Shown here in pieces: positions 6,129-15,306 of a stretch of 64,000 bases of DNA. The notes under the pieces are model-generated. The model saw only the letters and a program-made list of their open reading frames with translations, was not told the DNA's origin and ran no database searches. This DNA is from Planctomycetota bacterium. GTDB taxonomy: Bacteria > Planctomycetota > UBA8742 > JACQVU01 > JANLHZ01. Within the stretch, counting starts at the first letter, position 1. Each line of letters opens with the position of its first letter. The translations under genes were made by a program, and so were the position numbers. The stretch spans positions 400-64,399 of the forward strand of contig JANLHZ010000293.1 of the NCBI GenBank assembly GCA_024653775.1, given 5' to 3'.

Positions 6129-7832
6129 ATGGCGATGTTGCAAAAAATTATCGGGCTTCGAGGATCGATCTCCTTCAGAGCGCTGCGGACGATAGCTGCG
6201 GCGGATTTGAGATCGATCGTGAGGTCTAAGCTGTGCTGGGGATTTTTCATCGTCAGTGCGCTGCTCACCACGCTTACTCTGAAGGGAATGCAGACGGGTG
6301 AGGAGCCAGCGATCAGGATGCTCGAGGCGGTCTACGGTACGTACATCATTATCTGGATGCACGCGGTGATTTTTATCGCCGGGTCGGCTCTGATGCGAGA
6401 GTCTGACTGCCTGATGGAAGGAATCCTCAGCCGCGGGATTACGCGAGGCGAATATATCGCGGGGAAGCTGGTCGCGAGGTCGATTGCGATTCTTTTCGTT
6501 GTCGGCGGTGTGCTTCTTCCCGCTGGATTCTGGGCAATCCGTCAGGACGCGCTCACCCGCACCGACACGGGTTTCGTCGCTTCGAACGAGTGGAACACCA
6601 AGGTCGAAGCTCACGATCCGCAGCAGCTCTATTCAGGCGCGGAAGGAAACATCATCGAGATGAAGGTGAAAAACGGAGATCAGGTCGACGCGGGTCAGGT
6701 GCTCATTCTGCTCGACGATCGAAGGCTGTTCGACGATCTCGAGTGGAAGCGCAGGGATCAGGAGAACGCGCGGCAGGAGGTCGAGAACGCGGAGCGGAGG
6801 GTCGAGGACGCGGAGCGTGCGGTCGTAGCCGCGGAGGAGACGCTCACCCAGTCGAGGCGCGAGTTCGAGGCGGCTCGTGCGAACACCGTCGGCGTCAGCG
6901 AAAACGATCGCGCGAAACTCGAGGACGCGGTCAACGGCCGGGAACGGGACCTGGAAACCGCGCGAAACCGCGTTCCTCTCGAGACGGCGTCGGTCGATCG
7001 CGCCCAGCGCGCGCATGACGTCGCGAGCGATCAGGTGCGGCAGGCCCGCGAGCGTCTGACCCACGCGGTGGTCGTGAGTCCGATCTCAGGCCACCTGATC
7101 GAGACGAAGGTCCAGAGCGGGCAGTGGGTTGCGCAGGGGACGCATCTGCTTACGGTCGCGCCGCTGTCGGAGTTCGAACTGCACGTGCCGGTGTACGATT
7201 TCGAGGACTTCCAGAGGCTGAAGGAAGGACTCACGGCGTACGTCACGGTCGAGGACACGGAATTCATCGGGAAGGTCGAACGCGTCGGCGCGACGACGGA
7301 ACCGGACAAATGGCAGCGTCCCACGAATTTCGCGGTGGTACGTTTCAGCTCGAACGGCGCGCGCGGTCTGCTCGGACTCGGCGCGGAAGTCAAAATCGCG
7401 CTGCCTCCGCCCGAAGAGGACCGCACGATGGCGGACGAGATTTTCGACACGCTTACAGGTAGAGGCAAGGACGATCTGGACACGCGCACCGCGTCCGTGA
7501 CGTATTTCTGGATGCTCGTCGGGTTTGCGAAGGTCATAGGCTGCGCGATGCTGCTCGTCACGCTTTCGCTCTTCGCGACGGCGCTGTTTCGTAGCGCGCT
7601 GTTCTCGATTCTGGGCGTCGTCGGACTCTGGCACGTTTCGAATCTGCTTTTCGATTTCGCCGGGCTTCCGGAGCTTTCGTACATCGAGATCATGGGCACG
7701 ATGGACAAGGTGCTCGCGGGCGCGTCCGGCGCGGGCGACGAAATCGCAGCGCTATGCTGGCTCTACGGAATTTCCGCGGTCCTTGGCGTGCTGACGGTCT
7801 ATGTCTTCACAAAGCGAGATCCGGTGAAGTGA
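6129..7832 (+). CDS. Membrane protein: ABC-2-type permease-like TM domain fused to a HlyD-family (biotin-lipoyl hairpin + coiled coil) periplasmic adaptor domain, with a C-terminal TM segment.
   Basis: N-terminal and C-terminal TM helices. EGNIIEMKVKNGDQVDAGQVLILLDD and VVSPISGHLIETKVQSGQWVAQGTHLLTV lipoyl-like half-sites flank a long Glu/Arg-rich coiled coil. Immediately downstream of the ABC ATPase. Confidence 0.55.
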   Translation: MAMLQKIIGLRGSISFRALRTIAAADLRSIVRSKLCWGFFIVSALLTTLTLKGMQTGEEPAIRMLEAVYGTYIIIWMHAVIFIAGSALMRESDCLMEGILSRGITRGEYIAGKLVARSIAILFVVGGVLLPAGFWAIRQDALTRTDTGFVASNEWNTKVEAHDPQQLYSGAEGNIIEMKVKNGDQVDAGQVLILLDDRRLFDDLEWKRRDQENARQEVENAERRVEDAERAVVAAEETLTQSRREFEAARANTVGVSENDRAKLEDAVNGRERDLETARNRVPLETASVDRAQRAHDVASDQVRQARERLTHAVVVSPISGHLIETKVQSGQWVAQGTHLLTVAPLSEFELHVPVYDFEDFQRLKEGLTAYVTVEDTEFIGKVERVGATTEPDKWQRPTNFAVVRFSSNGARGLLGLGAEVKIALPPPEEDRTMADEIFDTLTGRGKDDLDTRTASVTYFWMLVGFAKVIGCAMLLVTLSLFATALFRSALFSILGVVGLWHVSNLLFDFAGLPELSYIEIMGTMDKVLAGASGAGDEIAALCWLYGISAVLGVLTVYVFTKRDPVK

Positions 7833-7927
7833 GTACGCTTTCGTAGTGGCTTGTAAGGCGATTCTTTAATCCGCTCGCTACGATCTGGAAAATATGCTCT
7901 CACGAGCACACTACGAACGGATTTCCC

Positions 7928-9268
7928 CTATAGACCACGAATCTGTTTCAGAAGCTCGATGAATCCGGGTTTCCAGCCGTAGTCGGGAGACAGGACCCGC
8001 TGGTGCCAGATAACCGTCGCGACGCCCCGCACATTTTTGATTTCGTCCAGCCAGCGGGAGATCGCCGTTTCGAGGCTGGCGCTCGCGCTTAAGCTGTAAT
8101 CGTAAATCTGGGAATCCATCAGAACCATCGGGATCGCCTCGATTCGCAACTTTTCGCCGGTGGATTCACAAACGGGATTATAGCGGAGCGCGCATCCGCT
8201 TCGGAATCCCGGGCGGTCGTTGAAGCCGAGGGTCGTATCGAGTTCGAACCCGGCGTCCTGCTGCGCGCGCCAGGTGTTTTCGAAACTGAACCGCAGCCAA
8301 TGCTGACGGCAGGACTTGATTTCGATTCCAGCGGCATTTTCGATCTTCGACTTCTGCGCGCGCATCAGCTCCGCGTCCGCGAACGCGTCATAGCTCTGGT
8401 GCAGGCCGATGGTCCAGCCCAGTTCGCGCAGTTCCCTGATCTTGGACGAAATTCGCTCGGCGCTGACGTCGTAGGCGGGGTCGAGGATCATGTTCTTCAT
8501 CGTGCGACGGAATCCGGGCGGCCCGCCGTAGAAGTTGAAATGACTTCGGACGCCGCGCTCCTCCTCGAGTGCGGCGACCTCGCCTAGCCTGAAATAGTCG
8601 GCGCGAGAGAAGAAGAACGAAAGCGCTTTCGCCATCCGCAAGGTGGATTTCAGCGGCGACATCCCGAGCATCAGCCGTAGCGCGTTGAAGGCGTGAAACG
8701 CGCTCTGTTTGAACCGCACTTCGAAGGTTTTCGAAAGCGCGTCCACGTCGTGCGTCACGATGATTTCCGCGGGGGGAAGCTCTCCGAAGAGCGCGATTTC
8801 GTCCGTCTGTCTGTCCCGCGCGATCTTCCTGCGCAGGTAAAGTCCGATGCGGTTCGCCCAGGCGTAATCGAACATCCGCGAATCCGCCTCGCGCAGTCTG
8901 TGCGCGAACGAATGCACCGGCCCGTGGATTTTTTCGTGCGCCCGTTCCCACGTCGAGTTGATGAACCAGAATGCCGCGCGGAGGAGGTCTACTTCTTCCG
9001 CGGTCGATTCACGCCCTTTGGCGCAGAACTTCAGAGGCACGAGGAGCTTTCCGTCCACGCCGACGTCTTTCGCGAATTCCGGAAGCGGGACCAGGGCAAG
9101 CTCCGGCGGGAACGTCTCGCCCTCCGTAGCTTCGACATCCGGACACGCGGACAGCACATCGGCCTCGTGCTCCGGAAAGTAGCGCGCGAGACTGCGAGCT
9201 GCGTGGGTTCTTGTCGCTTCGAAGTTCGTCAATCGCTTCCGCTGGATGTAGGAGCGCACGGCGTGCAC
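7928..9268 (-). CDS. Polysaccharide deacetylase-like (CE4/NodB-fold) protein. Start uncertain.
   Basis: Motif order VTHDVD ... GLHQSYD ... RQHWLRF ... DTTLGFND ... IWHQ resembles the CE4 motifs. The ORF track start (9619) overlaps the upstream mdh gene, so the start was placed at the GTG at 9268 after the intergenic hairpins. Confidence 0.45.
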   Translation of the reverse strand: MHAVRSYIQRKRLTNFEATRTHAARSLARYFPEHEADVLSACPDVEATEGETFPPELALVPLPEFAKDVGVDGKLLVPLKFCAKGRESTAEEVDLLRAAFWFINSTWERAHEKIHGPVHSFAHRLREADSRMFDYAWANRIGLYLRRKIARDRQTDEIALFGELPPAEIIVTHDVDALSKTFEVRFKQSAFHAFNALRLMLGMSPLKSTLRMAKALSFFFSRADYFRLGEVAALEEERGVRSHFNFYGGPPGFRRTMKNMILDPAYDVSAERISSKIRELRELGWTIGLHQSYDAFADAELMRAQKSKIENAAGIEIKSCRQHWLRFSFENTWRAQQDAGFELDTTLGFNDRPGFRSGCALRYNPVCESTGEKLRIEAIPMVLMDSQIYDYSLSASASLETAISRWLDEIKNVRGVATVIWHQRVLSPDYGWKPGFIELLKQIRGL

Positions 9269-9273
9269 CCTTG

Positions 9274-9302
9274 CTGCGGACGAGGACGTCCGCGGTCCCA
9301 GG
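9274..9302. repeat. 28-nt exact repeat TGCGGACGAGGACGTCCGCGGTCCCAGG (contains a CGGACG-agga-CGTCCG hairpin), copy 1. A second hairpin gcagacg-gga-cgtctgc lies at 9311..9327.
   Basis: Identical 28-mer at 11275..11302. Both copies sit just downstream of gene ends. Confidence 0.6.
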
Positions 9303-9333
9303 AATGCGCAGACGGGACGTCTGCACTCCCGGA

Positions 9334-10341
9334 TTATAGATTCGGGTTGAACTTGTTCCACTCCGAAATCGAAGGGAGCACCTTCAGGCTGCCTATGCAC
9401 TCGTCGCGGAGTTTTACGAGGTGGTGGTAGCTTTCGCGCAGCGCCGCGTTGTCTGCGTCGTCGCCTTGCGGAATCTTGTAGCTGACGCCCTCCGGAGTGA
9501 TGGTCGTATCGACCGCCATCATAATGTTTTTGAACTCGCCCTGATCGACGTACGTCCCGGCGGGCCAGCCGAACGGGTGGTTCCCTGAAATCCGCGCGCG
9601 GAGCATATCCACCGAACACTGCGCGGGACTCTGGAAGCTCGACCTGCCGCGGAGTTGGATGATCGCCTTTCCGCCCTGGCAGGTGTCGTCCTTGATCTTT
9701 TTCCAGTCGGCTTCCGAAAGCGTTCCCGAAGATATGACCTCTTTCAGCGACTTGCCTTTTACCTTGATGCCGCCGCCGAAGACGGCCATCTGCTCGCCGT
9801 GACCTCCGAACGTGCGGCAGCCGGTGACTTCGTCCGTGGCGACCCCGAGATGTTTCGAAAGATTCCTGCGGAGCCGCGTCGAATCCAGCGCTGCGAGAGT
9901 GAGCACGCGATCCTTCGCGAGTCCGCTGTAAACGAGAGTCGTCAGCCCGGTTATATCAGCGGGGTTGAAAATTATGATCGCTAGTTTCGCGTTCGGGCAG
10001 TACTTTTTTATGTCTTCGCCGAGGCCTTTGGCGATTTCGCAGTTCCCGGCGAGAAGGTCTTCGCGGGTCATTCCGTCTTTTCGCGGGGCGCCGCCGGAGG
10101 AGATGATGTATTCCGCGTCCTTCAGAACGTCACTGACGTTCGTCGAGAAGGTGACGGTTGCGTTCGGGAAGCCGCAGTGGAACATCTCCTCTGCCGCGCC
10201 TTCGAGTCCCTTTTCGAAGGGATCGTACATCGCGACGTTGCTCGTCGTTCCGGTGCAAAGAAGAATCTGTGCGAGGTTCGATCCGATCGCGCCCGCCGCG
10301 CCGAGAACCGCGACTTTCGAATTCGTCAGGTACTGCATCAT
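9334..10341 (-). CDS. mdh: Malate dehydrogenase (LDH/MDH family, NAD-dependent).
   Basis: KVAVLGAAGAIGSNLA Rossmann motif, IIFNPAD, ALDSTRLRRNL substrate-Arg motif and GGHGEQM catalytic-His motif. 335 aa. Confidence 0.65.
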   Translation of the reverse strand: MMQYLTNSKVAVLGAAGAIGSNLAQILLCTGTTSNVAMYDPFEKGLEGAAEEMFHCGFPNATVTFSTNVSDVLKDAEYIISSGGAPRKDGMTREDLLAGNCEIAKGLGEDIKKYCPNAKLAIIIFNPADITGLTTLVYSGLAKDRVLTLAALDSTRLRRNLSKHLGVATDEVTGCRTFGGHGEQMAVFGGGIKVKGKSLKEVISSGTLSEADWKKIKDDTCQGGKAIIQLRGRSSFQSPAQCSVDMLRARISGNHPFGWPAGTYVDQGEFKNIMMAVDTTITPEGVSYKIPQGDDADNAALRESYHHLVKLRDECIGSLKVLPSISEWNKFNPNL

Positions 10342-10429
10342 TCGCTCCTTAATATATGAACGCCGTGAATAAAATCCGGGAAAACGTAGTTATTGAGTGT
10401 AATCTGACTATCCTACCTAATCTACTTGC

Positions 10430-11086
10430 GTGCAAGAGCATTCACATTTTGATAGAGTCGCGCATATGTTAAAACACAGCCCAACTTTTTTGGAAGGCGA
10501 CGAGAATGGCAGCCACGATGCCCCGGGACCGCTAGAGGAACTCGCTCGCGGTCTTTTAGTCCACATCGGCGAAGATCCTGACCGTGAAGGACTTGTCAAA
10601 ACTCCGCACAGATTTCGAAAAGCGTGGGAATATTTCACTCAGGGCTATAACGCGAATGTTGCGGACATCGTGGGCGATGCGATATTCACCGAGGACACGG
10701 ACGAGATGGTTCTCGTGCGCGACATCGACTTCTTCACGATGTGCGAACATCACCTCGTTCCGTTTTTCGGGAAGGCGCACATCGCGTACATTCCAAACGG
10801 CAAGATCATTGGCCTTTCGAAGATTCCGAGGATAGTCGAGGTCTTTGCGCGAAGGCTCCAGGTTCAGGAGCGGATGACGCAGCAGATCGCGAAAGCCATC
10901 GAGGAAGCCCTGCGCCCCCAGGGAGTCGGCGTCGTCATAGAAGCGCTGCACCTTTGCATGGCGATGCGAGGCGTCGAGAAGCATCTTTCAAGCACCGTGA
11001 CGAGCGCGCTTACAGGGTGTTTCCGCAGCGAAGAAAGCACTCGCGCAGAGTTCCTCAGCCTCGTCCGCAGCGGTAAGCTGATGTAG
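10430..11086 (+). CDS. folE: GTP cyclohydrolase I.
   Basis: [49 protein letters not shown] and HLCMAMRG are diagnostic FolE motifs. Confidence 0.9.
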   Translation: MQEHSHFDRVAHMLKHSPTFLEGDENGSHDAPGPLEELARGLLVHIGEDPDREGLVKTPHRFRKAWEYFTQGYNANVADIVGDAIFTEDTDEMVLVRDIDFFTMCEHHLVPFFGKAHIAYIPNGKIIGLSKIPRIVEVFARRLQVQERMTQQIAKAIEEALRPQGVGVVIEALHLCMAMRGVEKHLSSTVTSALTGCFRSEESTRAEFLSLVRSGKLM

Positions 11087-11107
11087 TCGGATCCGTCTTC
11101 GTACATT

Positions 11108-11135
11108 TTATTCGTGCCGTCTACGAATTATTTGT
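11108..11135. repeat. Third copy of the AATTCGTAGACGGCACGAAT(AAAATG) element (reverse orientation), downstream of folE.
   Basis: cattttattcgtgccgtctacgaatta is the reverse complement of the copy at 6098..6122. Confidence 0.55.
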
Positions 11136-11274
11136 ACGATCACGTCCCGGATTTCCTGGAATCGCGACGGATCGTTGCGCTCACAGCCGCACTCCTGAGA
11201 TTCGCACTTAGAAACTATCTCAAGCGAGCGACATCGATAATTTGGAGCCGTCGAACGAAACGTTTGACGGCTTT

Positions 11275-11302
11275 TGCGGACGAGGACGTCCGCGGTCCCA
11301 GG
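11275..11302. repeat. 28-nt exact repeat TGCGGACGAGGACGTCCGCGGTCCCAGG, copy 2.
   Basis: Identical to 9274..9302. Lies between the folE 3' end and the stop of the 1268-aa gene. Confidence 0.6.
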
Positions 11303-11333
11303 TGCCTACGATAGTTTATTTTGTTCCGAGGCC

Positions 11334-14300
11334 TTAGATCAGCCCGAGCAGCTTTCTGCCGATCCACTCGACGATAAGGAAGCTCAGGACGAACGCGAGA
11401 ATCATCACGTCGTTGTTCGTGTCTTTCCACCAGGGTCGCGGCGGCTTCTTGGTCGGGATTTCGCGGACCTCGCTCGCGATCGGCACTTCGTCGAGCGCGC
11501 TGAAGAAATGGAACGCGCGGGCGCTGCCTCCAAGCGGCGACGCGACATTTCGAAGCAACTCGATGTTCATCGTCGTGTCCCGGAACTCCCGGATTGGAAC
11601 TTTCACCTCGAACCTGTGCGGCGATTCCTCGGAATCCGCGAGTCCCGGAATCCAGATTTCGTAAGTCCCAGCGCGGTGCGGCGAGAAGTCTCCGGAAAAG
11701 TTGGTCCCGGTTCCGTCGGTCTGATGGAGTTCGATTCTGTGCTCGAGGTTGTCGCCCTGATCCCTGCGATATAGCACGGGCAGGATCGTTTCGTCGCTGT
11801 GCCTTGAACTCGGCATCGGTATTTCGCGCCTAAGATTGACGCCTTCGAGCGCGCCGTAGATGGTCACCTGCTCTCCCAGTGAGTAGTTTTCCTTGTCGGT
11901 GTAGAGCTGGTAGCCTTCCTGCCTTTTCGAAAGGCTCTCGCTTGAAACGAAGCGGATCAGGTTCGACCAGAATGGATAGAAGTACTGATCGTCGTCCCAC
12001 CACTGCCTGAACCGCCAGATTCCCTCGACCGCGATGAAGAACACGAGTCCGCTTCCGTAATAGTGATATGAGACGAGAGGGAACGCGCCGCGGCGGCTCT
12101 CCGCCTCGCGGTGTCGTACGAGAACGCTCGCAAGCTGCTTGACCTTCGTCGTCGGGTAGAACCAGTAAAACGGCGGCAGCGCGAAATACTCGGGATCGCC
12201 GTTCCAGAGGTAGAGGTTCTGCTGTTCATTTGGAAGCAGCCTGAGCGCTGGATGGCTCGCACCGTCGGGAGTCAGCACGTAATGCTGGGGAACGTGCTCC
12301 TTCACTTCGAATACGTTCGGCCCGGACTCGCTCAGGTCTACCGGAAGCAGCCTTTGAATGTAAGAATCGCTCGACGAGTACGAGCCTGGCATCGAGACCG
12401 GTCCCGCCTGCACGATGAGTCCGCCGTTGTTATCCTTCACGTACCGCCAGAGAAGTTCCTGAATCATCGGCGTCAGATAATTCGGCGGCACGTCGCCCAG
12501 AATGATGACGTCGTAGTAGAAAAGGTCGGTCGGAAGTTCCTTGCCTTCACCGGTGGGAATTTCTTCGAGGGGCATGTAGTTCGCGGTGCGATCCTCGTAC
12601 ATCCAGCCCGATATCGGCTGGTGCCAGCCCGTGTTAGCGCTCGTCAGGAAGCCGTAGTATTCGAGGTTCGGATCGCGCCTTAGAGCCTCGTTCAGGAACC
12701 TGAAATCGTACCTCGGTGGTCCGTCGATGTAGAGAACCCTGATCTTGCGGTCCTTGATCGTGATTGTTATCGGTTTGTAGTTGTTCTCGAATTTCTCTTC
12801 GCCTTCGAGGGCCCGCTTATTCACCATCACGTAGAACGTGTACGTTCCGGGCTTGAGGTCGGGCGGATTGGCGAACACTCCGGCTGGATCGTTCGCGTGG
12901 CGGAAATACTTGTTCGTCCCGAACCGGAGCGTGAACCTGCTTATACGTCCCGCTTCCGGAAGCTGGATGTCCACGCCGCGGCCGGGATTCTGATTCGCCG
13001 CCATGCCGCTTAGCGTCTCGAACGGAGTGATGTGATCCGCGTCTGGCGCGCCTTCGCAGAGATAGACCTCTGACGGCGTGTTCTCGCCAAAGCCTTCCGC
13101 GCGGATCGCCACGGAAAGCTGCACGATCTCTCCCTTGATGACCTCCCGCGGACCGCTGACTTCGAGCACCTCGACGTCCTTCTTTCTCTTGGAAGAACCG
13201 ACCCCGACGGTATCGACGCGAATGTTCTGTTCGCCTTCGCGATAGATAGCGGACGTTTCGAGCGGGTCGGCGCCGTCGGTGTTCTGCCCGTCCGAGATAA
13301 TGATTATCTGCACGATGCGCGCTTCCGCGTCGGCCATCATTACGCGATTGACCGCCTCGGAAATTCCATCGCCTATGCGCGTCTGGTTCCCCTGCGGCGA
13401 GACCGAATCGAGTCCGTCCGCGGTGATCTCGGTAAGAACGCCTGCGCCTTCCGCGAACCGCTGGTTGAAGAGGAACAGCTTCAGCTCGTTCTTCTCCTCG
13501 ATCGCCTTCAGAAGCTCCCTCGAATACCTCTGCACGATGTTCCGGTCTGTGTGCGGCATCAGAAGCTCGGATGCTATATCGAACCTGCTCATACCGGAGC
13601 CTTTGATATTCACAAGATTCTGGTGGATGGTCTGCAGACGGGTGAGAGCCGCTTTCGAAAGGACATCGCCGAGTTTGACGTTCAACGCCGCGAATCTCTC
13701 GCGTAGCGACTCGACTTTCGTCTCGTTTTCCGGACTCAGAACCGCGAGCGCGACGCTGTGCCAATTTTCGCTCCGCTCTGACGCTTCGTACCTGATTTTG
13801 AAACTCTCGCCGAGGATTTTATCGAGTTCGCCCGGATTTTCCTCTGAAAGCGAATCCTTTCCCGCCGTCACGACCGCGGGCATGTCGAGCTTAGCCGAAA
13901 ATTCCGCGACCTCGGACTCGCGCTGCTCGAACGCGCTGATCGCGATCTCGTCCGTGGAGGGAGGACCATCCGCGAGGAGCGCCACGATCTTCTCCTCGTC
14001 CTGGGCGCGGAAGGCTTCGTGGTACTCCTTCCATTCGCCGGTCTGGTCGACGAGTTCGAATAGCAGTCTCCGGTATCGCACGCCTTCGAGGATCTCGCGC
14101 GTTTGTTCGAGGTCGCGTTCGTCCTGATCCGCGTATTTGTCGGTGCGGACGCTCATCGAACTGGACGCGTCGACGAGAACAATCGTTGTGCTCTTCAGTT
14201 TGCGGATTTCGAGGCCTTCGATCACCGCCTGGAAAATCAGGAACAGAATGCTCGCGACGATCATCACGCGGATGAACGCGAGCATGGTTCTTCCGTGGCT

Positions 14301-15140
14301 CTTCGCGCTTTCGTGCTCGAGTTTGTAGAACGCCAGAATGAAGAGCACTCCGAAGGGAACGATCAGAAGCACCGTCGCCCACGCGGGTGGGATCGAAAGG
14401 AATTCGAAACTCGAAACGTCGCTGCTTGCGACCTTCGCGAGTCCGAAGAGGTCCGCGATTTTAGCCGCGAGGTCGTTTCCGCCGTAGCCCGCAAGAAGCG
14501 CCACGCCAAGAAACGGAAGCGAAAACGCGACTACGATCCAGCCGAGAATGAACGCGGTGACTCCTCCGAGTTTCGGGTCGGACTTGACGCCCTCGTCTTC
14601 TTCGGACGCGTCGCCTTCGAGCAGTCTTCGAACCCCCCGGCTGAAGAACGCGAGAAAGCCTGTCATGATGCCGAGAAAGAATCCAGAGGCGAACATCGCA
14701 AGCCCGAGGAGCGTCTTGATTGCGCCGCGGTATCCGGGTTCGTCGAAGCGGGTGACGATCGAGTAGATCAGCACGAGGTAGCACACGACGAAAACGTACC
14801 CGAGCACGGGAAGCAGTCCGTATCCGAGTCCGAGTCCGAGAAGCGCGGTGTAATCGAGGTTGAGCGCCGCTACGATTCTGTGCCCCATGATCACGAGAGG
14901 GACGAACGCGAGCGAAAGGCAGATGCCGCCCGTGATTGCGAGCGTCAGGACCCTCTCGCGCGGAATACGGATGTACGCGAACCAGAAGATGAGGAGAAGC
15001 AGCACGAGGCAGAGCACGCCTACGCCGAGTCCGAAGAACACTCCGTTCTCGCCCGTGAGGATTTCACCCCACTTGCCTAAGAACATCGAAAAGTCTCTGG
15101 CCTCTGCCACTGATTCTGCTGTCTGGAAGATGAATTTCAT
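11334..15140 (-). CDS. Large membrane protein with a BatA-like N-terminal multi-TM region, a VWA domain and a long C-terminal region (GATase1/ThuA-like segment) ending in a TM helix.
   Basis: TIVLVDASSSMS (MIDAS DxSxS) and IVQIIIISDGQNTDG VWA motifs. Multiple N-terminal TM helices. 1268 aa. Confidence 0.6.
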   Translation of the reverse strand: MKFIFQTAESVAEARDFSMFLGKWGEILTGENGVFFGLGVGVLCLVLLLLIFWFAYIRIPRERVLTLAITGGICLSLAFVPLVIMGHRIVAALNLDYTALLGLGLGYGLLPVLGYVFVVCYLVLIYSIVTRFDEPGYRGAIKTLLGLAMFASGFFLGIMTGFLAFFSRGVRRLLEGDASEEDEGVKSDPKLGGVTAFILGWIVVAFSLPFLGVALLAGYGGNDLAAKIADLFGLAKVASSDVSSFEFLSIPPAWATVLLIVPFGVLFILAFYKLEHESAKSHGRTMLAFIRVMIVASILFLIFQAVIEGLEIRKLKSTTIVLVDASSSMSVRTDKYADQDERDLEQTREILEGVRYRRLLFELVDQTGEWKEYHEAFRAQDEEKIVALLADGPPSTDEIAISAFEQRESEVAEFSAKLDMPAVVTAGKDSLSEENPGELDKILGESFKIRYEASERSENWHSVALAVLSPENETKVESLRERFAALNVKLGDVLSKAALTRLQTIHQNLVNIKGSGMSRFDIASELLMPHTDRNIVQRYSRELLKAIEEKNELKLFLFNQRFAEGAGVLTEITADGLDSVSPQGNQTRIGDGISEAVNRVMMADAEARIVQIIIISDGQNTDGADPLETSAIYREGEQNIRVDTVGVGSSKRKKDVEVLEVSGPREVIKGEIVQLSVAIRAEGFGENTPSEVYLCEGAPDADHITPFETLSGMAANQNPGRGVDIQLPEAGRISRFTLRFGTNKYFRHANDPAGVFANPPDLKPGTYTFYVMVNKRALEGEEKFENNYKPITITIKDRKIRVLYIDGPPRYDFRFLNEALRRDPNLEYYGFLTSANTGWHQPISGWMYEDRTANYMPLEEIPTGEGKELPTDLFYYDVIILGDVPPNYLTPMIQELLWRYVKDNNGGLIVQAGPVSMPGSYSSSDSYIQRLLPVDLSESGPNVFEVKEHVPQHYVLTPDGASHPALRLLPNEQQNLYLWNGDPEYFALPPFYWFYPTTKVKQLASVLVRHREAESRRGAFPLVSYHYYGSGLVFFIAVEGIWRFRQWWDDDQYFYPFWSNLIRFVSSESLSKRQEGYQLYTDKENYSLGEQVTIYGALEGVNLRREIPMPSSRHSDETILPVLYRRDQGDNLEHRIELHQTDGTGTNFSGDFSPHRAGTYEIWIPGLADSEESPHRFEVKVPIREFRDTTMNIELLRNVASPLGGSARAFHFFSALDEVPIASEVREIPTKKPPRPWWKDTNNDVMILAFVLSFLIVEWIGRKLLGLI

Positions 15141-15306
15141 TCAGCCGCGTCTTTTTTTAGTCCTTGGAATTTAACGACTCACAATTAAAGCATGTATCTG
15201 AAAAAATTCCACGACTGTTAACTACTTTCTTCCAATGCGTGGTTCAATATGTCGAAAGACTTGTAAATCGGTTTTCCGCCGGCGCGGAAATTCATTTCCG
15301 GAGTTT

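Noticed and set aside
6590-7064. Long Arg/Gly/Ser-rich ORFs antisense to or overlapping real genes throughout the GC-rich region (e.g. 6590..7018, 12817..13764, 14103..15080, 26333..27229, 5374..5808).
   Set aside because: These are typical frame artefacts of ~60% GC DNA with strong GC3 bias. They have low-complexity R/P/S composition, no start context, and always lie opposite or out of frame to a well-supported gene.
9274-11302. A 28-nt exact repeat was considered as a CRISPR repeat.
   Set aside because: There are only two copies, 2 kb apart, separated by genes rather than regular spacers. No cas genes are present. It is better explained as a REP-like extragenic hairpin.
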